DNA of 64,000 nucleotides, from assembly GCA_001816655.1 (NCBI GenBank), contig MHCP01000014.1, forward strand, positions 27,068-91,067. Reading direction: 5' to 3'. Below are positions 49,857 to 59,415 of this stretch, one piece after another. Below the pieces are notes generated by a model, which saw only the letters and a program-made list of their open reading frames with translations, had not been told where the DNA came from and did no database searches. Each line of letters begins with the position of its first letter. Within the stretch, counting starts at the first letter, position 1. A program made the position numbers and the translations under genes. The stretch is from Candidatus Woykebacteria bacterium RBG_13_40_15. Its GTDB lineage: Bacteria > Patescibacteriota > Microgenomatia > Woykebacterales > RBG-16-39-9b.

Positions 49857-49966
49857 GTTGTTTCACCCCCCTTCAAAGTCGGTAGATTATAAGTTATTTT
49901 TCTTTTCCACGGGGGCAGTTATCAATTAACTATCAGTCTAACTAAACATTGCTCTATTGTCAAATT

Positions 49967-51070
49967 TTAACTTGCGAGTTTTTCCCAGGGGAAGCAGTCT
50001 CGTCCGAAATGACCATAGGAAGCGGTTTTCTCGTAGATGGGTTTTCTTAAATCTAACGCTGCCAATATACCGTTTACCGATAAATCCATTAGGTTCCAGG
50101 CGAAGGATTCAATTATCGAGACCTTCTTTTTCTCTGTTCCAAAGCAATTAACTGCTTTTACCAGGGGGTCTCTTTGTCCAATTACATAAGCTATTTGTAC
50201 CTCAGCCATTTCGGCTAGTTGTGCGGCAACGATGTTTTTAGCTAAAAACCTCGCTGCATACGCAGCAGAGCGATCCATCTTAGTTGGATCTTTTCCAGAA
50301 AACGCTCCACCACCAACTCGCCCGAAGGCGCCGTACGAATCAACTATTATTTTGCGACCAGTGACTCCTGTGTCAGTTGCTGGTCCTGGGGTAATCCAAA
50401 TACCCCCGCCATTAACAATTAGGTCTTCTTTAGGGGTTTTAAGACCAAACGTTTCCAATACAGGTAATACAACGAATTTCAAAAGATCTTCCTTGAGTTG
50501 AAAATTACTAATATTCTCTTCGTGGCAAGCAGCTAAAACCACCCTTTCTAATGATTTTGGTTTATTATTTTTGTATTCAAAGGTAACCTCACTTTTTCCA
50601 TCTGGCCTCAAATAGGGAATTATTTTTTTCTCTCGAACGGCATCTAATTTTTCAACGAGTTTGTGGGCAATACTTATTGGAAGGGGCATTAGTTCTGGCG
50701 TTTCACCTACCGCATAGCCAAACATCATACCTTGGTCTCCGGCGCCTCCAGTATTAACGTCGGCGGAAATTTCAGGAGATTGTTCATGAATGTAAACTTG
50801 AATATCGCTTTCTGGAGAAAATTCGAATTTCTTGTTCGTATAACCGAGGCGTTTAATTACGCCCTGGGCGATTTTTTTATAATCCAAGCTCGCTTTTGTT
50901 GTTAATTCTCCAGCAATGACCATTCGATTTTTTGTCACTAAGGTTTCCACAGCTACTCTGGAGCAGGGGTCTTGGGAGATGGCTGCATCAACAATAGCAT
51001 CAGAGATCTGGTCGCAGATTTTGTCTGGATGGCCGGCGGCGACAGATTCTGAAGTAAAGTACTTATACAC
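49967..51070 (-). CDS. metK: S-adenosylmethionine synthetase
   Basis: FTSESV..GHPDKICDQISD, GAGDQG, GRKIIVD and GGGAFSGKD motifs. Confidence 0.97.
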   Translation of the reverse strand: MYKYFTSESVAAGHPDKICDQISDAIVDAAISQDPCSRVAVETLVTKNRMVIAGELTTKASLDYKKIAQGVIKRLGYTNKKFEFSPESDIQVYIHEQSPEISADVNTGGAGDQGMMFGYAVGETPELMPLPISIAHKLVEKLDAVREKKIIPYLRPDGKSEVTFEYKNNKPKSLERVVLAACHEENISNFQLKEDLLKFVVLPVLETFGLKTPKEDLIVNGGGIWITPGPATDTGVTGRKIIVDSYGAFGRVGGGAFSGKDPTKMDRSAAYAARFLAKNIVAAQLAEMAEVQIAYVIGQRDPLVKAVNCFGTEKKKVSIIESFAWNLMDLSVNGILAALDLRKPIYEKTASYGHFGRDCFPWEKLAS

Positions 51071-51096
51071 AAAACCTCCTTTAAATTTTGATAATT

Positions 51097-51224
51097 AAAA
51101 AACACTTCCCTCAAAGAGAAGTGCCACTAAACAGTTCCCTTTTCGGGCGCATCAATTTTGGCACCCTGCCTGTTTTAGGGTTGCCGCCCTCCGAAGCTTT
51201 ACGCGAAGGAGGGGCTCGAGATGC
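51097..51224 (-). promoter_or_regulatory. SAM-I/IV-type riboswitch with downstream terminator
   Basis: Minus strand reads GCATC.CGAG..GGCAACC..GGTGCCAA..GATGC (P1 GCATC/GATGC, no P4), then CCCGAAAAGGG hairpin, then CACTTC..GAAGTG+T6; directly upstream of metK. Confidence 0.8.
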
Positions 51225-51288
51225 TTAATAATTAGGAAAGATTATAACTTGACAGCTGCCAAGCGGTCAAGTATCATTTTCGCTTAGA

Positions 51289-53325
51289 ATGGGTACCGAT
51301 CAGGTTCTTTATTGGGTTATAGGTGCAGCTTCATTAGCAATCATTTACGCTTTAGTTCTTACCCTTAGATTACTGAGGCTTCCAACTGGCGATAGTAAAA
51401 TGCAGGAGATTGCCAAGGCAATTCAGGAAGGGGCAGGTTCTTACTTAAATCGCCAGTATTTTGTTGTTGGAATAGTTGGGGTTGTAATTTTTCTTGTTAT
51501 TTGGTTCCTTATGAAACAACCGACCACTGCGGTTGGTTTTCTAGTTGGAGCGGTCGCTTCTGCAGTTGCGGGCTACATTGGTATGAATGTTGCGGTTAGA
51601 GCAAATGTTAGAACAGCCGAGTCAGCTAAAAGAGGCTTAGCAGCCGCCTTGGGTGTTGCTTTCAGGGGTGGAGCAGTGACCGGTCTTATAGTTGTGGGTC
51701 TGGCACTTTTGTCAGTTGCTCTCTTTTATTTTTTCACACGGGATGTAAAAGCTTTGATTGGTCTTGGTTTTGGTGGAAGCTTGATTTCTGTATTTGCGAG
51801 ACTTGGAGGAGGGATTTATACAAAAGGGGCTGATGTTGGTGCTGATTTGGTTGGTAAGTTGGAGGCTGGTATTCCTGAGGACGATCCCCGAAACCCGGCA
51901 GTAATTGCAGACAATGTTGGAGATAATGTCGGTGATGACGCTGGGATGGCAGCTGATCTTTTCGAAACCTACGCTGTTACCGCAATTGCCGCAATGCTGC
52001 TTGGAAGTCTAGTTTTTCCAGGCAGTAGCAGCGCAATAATTTACCCACTTGCTATTGGCGCAGTTTCTGTCGTAGCTTCAATAATCGGAACATTTTTTGT
52101 CCGGCTTATAGGGAAAAGTATCATGGGGGCTTTATATTTAGGTTTAGCAGCTTCTGGGATACTAGCTAGTATTGGCTTTTGGTTTTTGACATCGTATATT
52201 TGGGGAGGAAACCTGTCCTCTACTCAACCATATTGGATACAAGCTGTCGAAACAAATAGGGTACTACCGTTTTTCTACTGCTCCTTAATCGGAATTTTTG
52301 TTACTTTGGGAATGGTTATTATTACCGAGTTCTATACTTCGAAAAGATTTGGTTCAGTGAAAGCAATAGCTAATGCTTCGCAGACTGGGCATGGGACAAA
52401 TGTAATTACAGGGTTGGCAGTTTCTATGAAGTCTACTCTGGCTCCAATTATTTTAATTTCCGCCGCAATAATGTTAGCGTTCAACCTGGCTAGTCTTTAC
52501 GGAATTGCTATTGCTGCTATGAGCATGCTTTCGATGACCGGGATTATTGTTGCGATTGATGCCTTTGGGCCTATTACTGATAATGCCGGTGGTATTGCTG
52601 AAATGGCAGGATTGCCAGATGATGTTAGAAAAGTAACCGACGAGTTAGATGCAGTTGGAAACACGACAAAAGCGATAACTAAAGGGTACGCAATTGCAAG
52701 CGCCGCTCTTGCAGCATTGGTGCTCTTTGCTTCATTTTCCCAAGATCTTGTAGCGGCTGGAAAAATCCATGTTATCTTCAACTTAGGAGATCCAAAAGTT
52801 TTAATAGGACTTTTTATTGGGGCAGCTCTGCCTTATTACTTTGGAGCGATGGCGATGGAGGCCGTAGGGAAGACAGCAGGCGCCGTTGTTAGTGAGGTTA
52901 GAAGGCAATTCAAGGAAATAAAGGGAATAATGGAAGGAAAAGCGAAGCCCGATTACGCAAGAGCAGTTAAGATTGTTACAGCAGCTGCGCAAAGGGAAAT
53001 GATTGTCCCAGCCTTACTCCCCGTTGTTGTCCCTATCATTGTTGGTCTTTGGCTTGGACCAGAAGCGCTCGGTGGGATGTTGGTCGGTTCAATTGTTACT
53101 GGTCTTTTTGTTGCTATTTCGATGACAACCGGCGGAGCAGCTTGGGATAATGCTAAAAAGTATATCGAAGAAGGTAACCTTGGCGGTAAAGGGAGTGAGG
53201 CCCACAAAGCCGCAGTGACTGGGGATACAGTAGGGGATCCTTATAAAGACACCGCGGGACCTGCTATAAACCCCATGATAAAAGTTATTAACATTGTTGC
53301 TCTTCTATTGGTTCCGTTTCTTTAA
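51289..53325 (+). CDS. hppA: Membrane-bound proton-translocating pyrophosphatase (K+-independent signature)
   Basis: [32 protein letters not shown] and [11 protein letters not shown] motifs. Confidence 0.95.
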   Translation: MGTDQVLYWVIGAASLAIIYALVLTLRLLRLPTGDSKMQEIAKAIQEGAGSYLNRQYFVVGIVGVVIFLVIWFLMKQPTTAVGFLVGAVASAVAGYIGMNVAVRANVRTAESAKRGLAAALGVAFRGGAVTGLIVVGLALLSVALFYFFTRDVKALIGLGFGGSLISVFARLGGGIYTKGADVGADLVGKLEAGIPEDDPRNPAVIADNVGDNVGDDAGMAADLFETYAVTAIAAMLLGSLVFPGSSSAIIYPLAIGAVSVVASIIGTFFVRLIGKSIMGALYLGLAASGILASIGFWFLTSYIWGGNLSSTQPYWIQAVETNRVLPFFYCSLIGIFVTLGMVIITEFYTSKRFGSVKAIANASQTGHGTNVITGLAVSMKSTLAPIILISAAIMLAFNLASLYGIAIAAMSMLSMTGIIVAIDAFGPITDNAGGIAEMAGLPDDVRKVTDELDAVGNTTKAITKGYAIASAALAALVLFASFSQDLVAAGKIHVIFNLGDPKVLIGLFIGAALPYYFGAMAMEAVGKTAGAVVSEVRRQFKEIKGIMEGKAKPDYARAVKIVTAAAQREMIVPALLPVVVPIIVGLWLGPEALGGMLVGSIVTGLFVAISMTTGGAAWDNAKKYIEEGNLGGKGSEAHKAAVTGDTVGDPYKDTAGPAINPMIKVINIVALLLVPFL

Positions 53326-53399
53326 TCTCTTCGCGGTGTCTTTGCGATAACTACACTCCATTTTAAAATCGTTGGTTTAAAATTACGTTCCATTATCTA

Positions 53400-53561
53400 A
53401 AAGATACAGCTGGGCCAGCGATAAACCCTATGTAGCCCACGAAGTGGTCGCAGGATTCGAGAGTACCTAAATACTTGAGTGATTAACGAATGGATTTAGT
53501 TATGGAGAATACTATAAAGGTGATCAATATAGTGGCACTTCTACTCGTACCGTTTCTTTAA
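53400..53561 (+). pseudogene. Synonymously recoded duplicate of the last 26 hppA codons, split by an 81-nt insert
   Basis: 53400-53432 encodes [11 protein letters not shown] and 53514-53561 encodes [15 protein letters not shown]. Confidence 0.85.
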
Positions 53562-53587
53562 TTTCCTCGGTAGCGTTTTTGGTTTAA

Positions 53588-53989
53588 TCAATTCTCTTTT
53601 AGGCTCACGTTGAAAAAACCAGGCATTCCTCTGTAGGGAATAGGTGTTATTCTTTTCGACTCTGAAATAACATAACCATATTTATTTTTTAAGCTCCATC
53701 CTTCTAGCTCTATTAAATCTCTGCTCGCAAGATGCAGTTTAACGTCCTTGTAGAACTCAGTATCGTTTTGATATCGCTTAACATCCTTCAAAAAAGCCTT
53801 TCCTACTATTAAACCAGTTGGTAGGTTTCTAAAACCAAATCTTTCAATTACCTCTGTTTTAGTATCTTTTCTCGCTGCATAAACGTAAAACCATCCTCTA
53901 AAGCTAGTGTTTTTGGTTCTCACTTCAACCTTTTTTCTACCTGAGACTAACAATTCTGCCCAAGGTTGGCTAAGCGCTAGTGCTTTCAT
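53588..53989 (-). CDS. ASCH-domain protein
   Basis: ALSQPWAELLVSGRKKVEVR and RGMPGFF motifs. Confidence 0.88.
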   Translation of the reverse strand: MKALALSQPWAELLVSGRKKVEVRTKNTSFRGWFYVYAARKDTKTEVIERFGFRNLPTGLIVGKAFLKDVKRYQNDTEFYKDVKLHLASRDLIELEGWSLKNKYGYVISESKRITPIPYRGMPGFFNVSLKEN

Positions 53990-54002
53990 ATTAGATTCCA
54001 GC

Positions 54003-54551
54003 TTACTCGGTTGATGCACGATTTTTATTCAACCCTTCTAGTGCCAGTTCGATTGTTTGTGGAATGTTATTTTTGCCGGTATCAAGTACTAGATTAAAAA
54101 ATTTCGGGTTTTCATAGTTATCATTTGAATAGAGTTTTTTGAATTTTGCTCGAAGCTGGTGGCGTCGCTCTTCAATTTCGCGAGGGGTTTCTTTGTGGGT
54201 GTGTTGGCGGGCTAAAATTCTTTTTGTCGCCACTTCTTTGTCGCAAACAAGTAAAATCCTAAAATTGCTCGGCAAATTTCTGGCAAACCAAGCAGAATAA
54301 TGACTATCAACCACGATCTCTTTTTTTGTTTGTAGTTTTTCAAAAATTTCCTGGTCGATTTTTTTATCCACCTCGTCAGGAATTGAGGATTTGTCCCAGA
54401 GAGGGATGTTGTGGTTTTTATGATACGCTCGAAAAAAATCACCAGCAGAAAAAAATTGCCATCCGAGCTTTTCCGCAAGGCCTTTGGCTAGAGTGGACGT
54501 GCCCGTGCCAACATCTCCGGAGACTATAATGTTTTGATATTTCGTGTTCAT
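54003..54551 (-). CDS. cmk: Cytidylate kinase-like protein (short, archaeal-type)
   Basis: SGDVGTGTSTLAK, SAGDFFR, VDKKID and LVLDT motifs. Confidence 0.75.
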   Translation of the reverse strand: MNTKYQNIIVSGDVGTGTSTLAKGLAEKLGWQFFSAGDFFRAYHKNHNIPLWDKSSIPDEVDKKIDQEIFEKLQTKKEIVVDSHYSAWFARNLPSNFRILLVCDKEVATKRILARQHTHKETPREIEERRHQLRAKFKKLYSNDNYENPKFFNLVLDTGKNNIPQTIELALEGLNKNRASTE

Positions 54552-54682
54552 AGTTTTGGAAAATAAAATATTGGTTTACTAATTAATAATAACAGATTTA
54601 GCGGCTTATTATATGAGATTGGGTTGCTCTCCTTTCCTCCGTAGATGCAACCCCAATATAATTTGAACAGATACTCCACGGG

Positions 54683-55240
54683 CTAGCAGGAAATGGTGGG
54701 TGCTAATCGTAGTTTTCTCCCAACCCATTCAGCAAGTAGCGCGATTATCAGGCTGTGAGAAGTGCGGTGACGGCGGTCCGCATCTTCGGCCAGGACGTTA
54801 AGCACAAGGTGATCTGTATGCTCCTGCGTCCACTCTTCTCCTTTTCCAACACGAACCCGTCTCATGAGACTGAAGGCTGTGTCGAAATACTCGCCATGAC
54901 CGACATAGTACGTGCTTGTGAACCACCATCCTACGCGAGTCCATATCCGGCGCCAGCTGGGTGCTATCGTATCGCAGATCACATCGACAGTGACCAGTTC
55001 ACCCTTGAACAGGTGGTAAACGACGTAGACCGCTTTCCCATCAAAGGTTGTGTACATGGACTTTATCTGGTGATGGCAATCATGAAGCCATTCTTGGGCA
55101 GCGTATAGGATGTTGTTCACAAGCTTGGTTGTAACCACCACGTTTGGGAGTATTACCAAGAATATCCAGCGCGGCCAGTTGTGCCATGTGAAAGCATACG
55201 GACTATTGACCCTATTATCTATCATCTTAATGATGCTCAT
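54683..55240 (-). CDS. Hypothetical protein, GC-richer orphan
   Basis: 185-aa ORF with GAAAGGA SD-like sequence and TTGACT..TATTAT promoter upstream. Confidence 0.6.
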   Translation of the reverse strand: MSIIKMIDNRVNSPYAFTWHNWPRWIFLVILPNVVVTTKLVNNILYAAQEWLHDCHHQIKSMYTTFDGKAVYVVYHLFKGELVTVDVICDTIAPSWRRIWTRVGWWFTSTYYVGHGEYFDTAFSLMRRVRVGKGEEWTQEHTDHLVLNVLAEDADRRHRTSHSLIIALLAEWVGRKLRLAPTISC

Positions 55241-55468
55241 GATATCTCTATCCTTTCAACCTTTGGTTAGGATTACGCTTATTGTATGGGTGCGAACACA
55301 CTGGCCGATATAATACCTAACTGCTAGGCAGAAAGTCAAATCATATCGGTCTGTAGGTTAATGGTGGTGGGTGTGGTTTTCCTGTGGGGACTGGCTCATC
55401 ATTTGTAGCATATCTGATTAATTTATGTCTATTGACAAACTCGGGTTTTAATATTATTCTGATAACAG

Positions 55469-55493
55469 ATACCCCCTCCTGGGGTGGAGGTAT
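55469..55493 (+). promoter_or_regulatory. Probable CsoR operator
   Basis: ATACC-(C/G tracts)-GGTAT pseudo-palindrome downstream of a TTGACA promoter and just before csoR. Confidence 0.6.
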
Positions 55494-55496
55494 AAG

Positions 55497-55757
55497 ATGA
55501 TAAAAGATGCAAAGAAAGAATCTGTCAGAAGATTAAAAATAATTGAAGGCCATGTTCGGAAAATCCGAGAGATGGTAGAAAAAGATGAGTATTGTTTGGA
55601 TGTCCTACAGCAAACGAGTGCAGTAAATTCCGCCTTAAAGAAAGTCGATGAGATAATTTTAGATTCACACCTACACACTTGCGTGATACCGGCGTTTAAA
55701 GGTTCAAAAGCAGAGGAATCAATTAAAGAACTTGTTGAGGTTTTCAAAAGGAGGTGA
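55497..55757 (+). CDS. csoR: CsoR-family metal-sensing repressor
   Basis: RLKIIEGHV, YCLDVLQQ and HLHTC motifs. Confidence 0.9.
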   Translation: MIKDAKKESVRRLKIIEGHVRKIREMVEKDEYCLDVLQQTSAVNSALKKVDEIILDSHLHTCVIPAFKGSKAEESIKELVEVFKRR

Positions 55758-55762
55758 ACGGA

Positions 55763-55927
55763 ATGATGATGAACGGTTGGACAGCGGATCACATGCAAAA
55801 TATGATGGGAAGCTCTTTTGCTCCGTTTGCTTGGTTTTTGATTCTCTTGTGGTTCGCTACGTGGATCTTAATAATTGTCGCTTTAGTAGCTTTAATCCGT
55901 TGGCTTTGGAGAAAAGGTGAAAGATGA
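55763..55927 (+). CDS. 54-aa Met/His-rich membrane peptide (not in the ORF track)
   Basis: MMMNGWTADHMQNMMGSS followed by a long hydrophobic helix; AGGAGGTG SD; ATGA overlap with the next gene. Confidence 0.75.
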   Translation: MMMNGWTADHMQNMMGSSFAPFAWFLILLWFATWILIIVALVALIRWLWRKGER

Positions 55928-56442
55928 AAAATCTGTTTAGTAAGGGCAAAATTGACCCGGTTATCTTAGGCATCATAGGATTTTTCGTACTCTTACTATT
56001 GGGTAGCTTAATTTTTCTATTTAGTTCCGCAAAAGAAAATAAAACTGTTACCTATTCAAAAAGCGACGCAGAGAGACCCAAGTTGCAAATTGAAAAAACT
56101 AATATCGATCTGGGACGTATAAAAGTGGCTGATAAAAAAATCTCGGTGATAAAATTAAAAAATGTTGGTTCCAAACCACTGCAGATCACTAATGTTTTTA
56201 CATCTTGCGACTGTACATCCGCCCAATTGGTAATTAACGGTCAAGAATCACCAGTGTTTAGCATGCATGAAAATCCAACTTGGGTAGGTGAGTTACAGCC
56301 AAATGCGGAGGCGACTTTGAAAGCTATCTATGAACCCTACAAAATGCCGGTTCACGGAGCGGTAGAAAGAACCATATATTTTAAAACAAATGATCCTGAT
56401 AAAACTGACGTACAAATTCAAATGAAGGCAAACGTAAATTAA
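55924..56442 (+). CDS. DUF1573-like Ig-fold protein
   Basis: N-terminal TM helix, KNVGSKPLQI..TSCDCT and KTNDP motifs. Confidence 0.8.
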   Translation: MKNLFSKGKIDPVILGIIGFFVLLLLGSLIFLFSSAKENKTVTYSKSDAERPKLQIEKTNIDLGRIKVADKKISVIKLKNVGSKPLQITNVFTSCDCTSAQLVINGQESPVFSMHENPTWVGELQPNAEATLKAIYEPYKMPVHGAVERTIYFKTNDPDKTDVQIQMKANVN

Positions 56443-56445
56443 AAT

Positions 56446-57123
56446 ATGCTTCCTCTAGTGATTGTTAATGGACTAATTGATTCTTATAATCCATGCGCAA
56501 TTGGAGTTTTATTACTTTATATTGCTATTCTTCTTGGTACCAACTCTTCCAGGCGATTTGTGCTAACTTTCGGCGGTTTTTACATCCTTGCTACTTTCGT
56601 TACTTATTTTTTGATTGGTTTGGGGATTTTGCACGTTGTCCATTTTTTTGGTATTCCCCACTTTTTTGGTTGGGTAGCCGCAGCTGTAGTTTTATTCATC
56701 GGACTTTTTCAACTAAAGGATTACTATTTTCCACTTGTTAAGATCCCAATAATTTCACCGATACTTTCCACCTGCCGAATGATTACCTGGAACAAAGAAC
56801 TGACAATTTTATCAGCCGTTGTTCTGGGTGTATTAATCGGCTTGTGTGAGTTTCCCTGTTCTGGAGGTATTTACCTTGCTACTGTTGCTATGCTTTCGCT
56901 AAAAGAAACATTTTGGCAAGGCGCTTTATATCTATTTATTTACAACCTAATGTTTATTTCTCCCTTGGTAATAATATTTCTCTTCGCAACAAACAAGACT
57001 CTTTTAAATAAAGTTAAAGGTTGGCAATCTAAATATGCAGGGAGAGCAAAATTAATTTCAGGGTTTCTGATGACAATTTTGGGTATAATATTATTAATCT
57101 GGTTGATAATCGAGCGGATCTAA
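56446..57123 (+). CDS. CcdA/DsbD-like membrane protein
   Basis: DSYNPCA and CEFPCSGGIY motifs; about six TM helices. Confidence 0.75.
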   Translation: MLPLVIVNGLIDSYNPCAIGVLLLYIAILLGTNSSRRFVLTFGGFYILATFVTYFLIGLGILHVVHFFGIPHFFGWVAAAVVLFIGLFQLKDYYFPLVKIPIISPILSTCRMITWNKELTILSAVVLGVLIGLCEFPCSGGIYLATVAMLSLKETFWQGALYLFIYNLMFISPLVIIFLFATNKTLLNKVKGWQSKYAGRAKLISGFLMTILGIILLIWLIIERI

Positions 57124-57160
57124 AAACTGTTTTGCGGGGCTTTAGTATATTAAAATATTT

Positions 57161-59395
57161 ATGAAAACTTGTCCGATGCACCCGGAGGTGACTTCTTACC
57201 AACCTGGTTCTTGCCCAAAGTGCGGGATGAAATTGGTTGAAAAAAATCAACAGCCACAAAACACAGTAGAATCTTCGCAACACGTCACTCACTCTCAAGA
57301 AAGAAATACTCACCGAGGGATACGAATTTTTTATACCTGTCCAATGGATCCAGATGTAATACAAGGGCAGAGTGGAAATTGTCCAAAGTGTGGGATGAAG
57401 CTTGTAGCGATGAACTCAGACCATGAAGGTCACGAGGACCACGCTGCGATGGAAAAAGATTTTAAGAAGCGTTTCTTTATCACTCTGCCTTTTGTTATTA
57501 CCACCATGCTCCTTTCACCGAATATCCAAAAATGGCTCCATTTCAGTATAAATTTTCAAGGTATTGGATGGCTCCTTTTTGCGATAGGTGCCTTTATTTT
57601 CTTTTTTGGCGGGTTACCTTTTTTCAAAGCGGCAAGGGGAGAATTGTTAAATAAAAATCCCGGAATGATGACCTTAGTAGCCTTTGCTATAACAGTAGGT
57701 TTTAGCTTTTCGGTTGCCGCAACATTTCTTTTTCCGGGAGAATCCTTATATTGGGAAATAGCCACTCTTATTTCGGTTTTCCTATTAGGTCATTGGTTGG
57801 AAATGAGGGCGGTGAGGGGTGCAACAGGTGCCCTGACAGAACTAGCTAAACTCATTCCCCCATCTGCCCACCTTGTTGAGGCTGGAAACATTGTAGATGT
57901 TAAAACAAGTGAACTAAAAATAGGCAATAGGGTTTTGGTCAAGCCAGGAGAAAAAATCCCGGTTGATGGAGTAGTAATAGATGGAGAAAGTTCTGTTAAT
58001 GAATCAATGATTACCGGAGAATCAAGGCCCATTATCAAGAAAAAAGGGGAGAGCGTAATTGGTGGCACTATAAACCAGGATGGATCATTAACGATTGAGG
58101 TTTCCAAAACAGGGGCTGATACAGCAATATCTCAAATCATGAAGCTTATCCGGGAAGCTCAATCTACAAAACCCAATGTTCAGCACCTGGCTGATAGAGC
58201 TGCCGGTGTTTTATTTTACATAGCTGTTATTGCCGGAGCTCTCTCATTTATCACTTGGTTACTTATTTTACCTCACGGGGCTATTTTTGCAGCGACTGTG
58301 GCAGTAGCGGCGGTTGTTGTTGCCTGTCCTCATGCACTTGGACTTGCTATTCCTACCGTTACTACAATTACTTCCACTCTTGGCGCTAAAAATGGCATTT
58401 TAATAAAGGATATGAAAGGCCTAGAAATCGCGAGAAAGTTGAACTACGTGGTATTCGATAAAACAGGAACATTAACTCGTGGGGAATTTGGGGTAACCGA
58501 GATTATTTTAAACCAAAAATCAGATATTAAAGACCAAATTAAATTATTGCGGCTGGCCGCGGCTATCGAAGTTCAATCACAGCATTCTATTGCGAGAGGA
58601 ATCGTTAGTGAAGCCAAAAAGAAAAAATTGGAAATTACCAATGTAAAAGAATTTAAATCTTATCCAGGAAAAGGAGCAACTGGGAAAGTTGATGATAAAA
58701 AAATTGTTGTTGGCAATAAAACCTTGATGGAAGAATTGAAAATAGAAATGGAAAATGGTGGTTGGGAAACAGAAAATAAGACTAATACACCAGTTTATGT
58801 CGCTATAGAGGGCGAACTAGCCGGGGTAATCCTTTTGGCAGACATTATCAGAGAAGAATCAAAAGAGGCTGTTAAAAGGCTTCATGATATGGGAGTAAAG
58901 ACAGCGATGCTTACAGGAGATACCCAAGATGTAGCCAATGAAGTAGGAAAACAACTTGATATGGACACAGTTTTTGCCCAAGTGCTACCCGAGGAAAAAG
59001 TTAATAGGGTCAAACAACTGCAAAATGAAGGGAATATTGTGGCTATGGTGGGAGATGGTGTGAATGATGCCCCATCTCTTACTCAATCACATGTCGGTAT
59101 TGCAATTGGAGCAGGAACTGATGTAGCGGTAGAGGCAGCAGACATAGTGCTAATGAAAAATGATCCTATGGATGTGGTTAAGGCAATATCGCTGAGCCGA
59201 AAGACTAATACAAAGATGATGCAAAATCTTGCTTGGGCGACAGGATATAACGTCTTTGCTATTCCAACGGCAGCAGGAGTACTTTATCCGTCATTTGGTA
59301 TTTTACTTCGGCCTGAATGGGCAGCACTTTTAATGAGCGCATCATCAATTATCGTCGTTTTCAATGCCTTGTTGCTGCGACGCTCAAGTCTATAA
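57161..59395 (+). CDS. Copper-translocating P1B-type ATPase (CPH/CopB-like) with two N-terminal heavy-metal-binding domains
   Basis: Two CPM[HD]P..CPKCGM repeats, TGES, CPHAL, DKTGT, GDGVND and MSASS motifs. Confidence 0.92.
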   Translation: MKTCPMHPEVTSYQPGSCPKCGMKLVEKNQQPQNTVESSQHVTHSQERNTHRGIRIFYTCPMDPDVIQGQSGNCPKCGMKLVAMNSDHEGHEDHAAMEKDFKKRFFITLPFVITTMLLSPNIQKWLHFSINFQGIGWLLFAIGAFIFFFGGLPFFKAARGELLNKNPGMMTLVAFAITVGFSFSVAATFLFPGESLYWEIATLISVFLLGHWLEMRAVRGATGALTELAKLIPPSAHLVEAGNIVDVKTSELKIGNRVLVKPGEKIPVDGVVIDGESSVNESMITGESRPIIKKKGESVIGGTINQDGSLTIEVSKTGADTAISQIMKLIREAQSTKPNVQHLADRAAGVLFYIAVIAGALSFITWLLILPHGAIFAATVAVAAVVVACPHALGLAIPTVTTITSTLGAKNGILIKDMKGLEIARKLNYVVFDKTGTLTRGEFGVTEIILNQKSDIKDQIKLLRLAAAIEVQSQHSIARGIVSEAKKKKLEITNVKEFKSYPGKGATGKVDDKKIVVGNKTLMEELKIEMENGGWETENKTNTPVYVAIEGELAGVILLADIIREESKEAVKRLHDMGVKTAMLTGDTQDVANEVGKQLDMDTVFAQVLPEEKVNRVKQLQNEGNIVAMVGDGVNDAPSLTQSHVGIAIGAGTDVAVEAADIVLMKNDPMDVVKAISLSRKTNTKMMQNLAWATGYNVFAIPTAAGVLYPSFGILLRPEWAALLMSASSIIVVFNALLLRRSSL

Positions 59396-59415
59396 CATTT
59401 ACGCTTAATCATCTG

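Noticed and set aside
53471-53487. Similarity of ATACTTGAGTGATTAAC to 14789-14807
   Set aside because: AT-rich, gapped and short; compatible with chance
53245-53561. DGR template/variable repeat pair
   Set aside because: Differences are synonymous and not adenine-specific; no reverse transcriptase in the window
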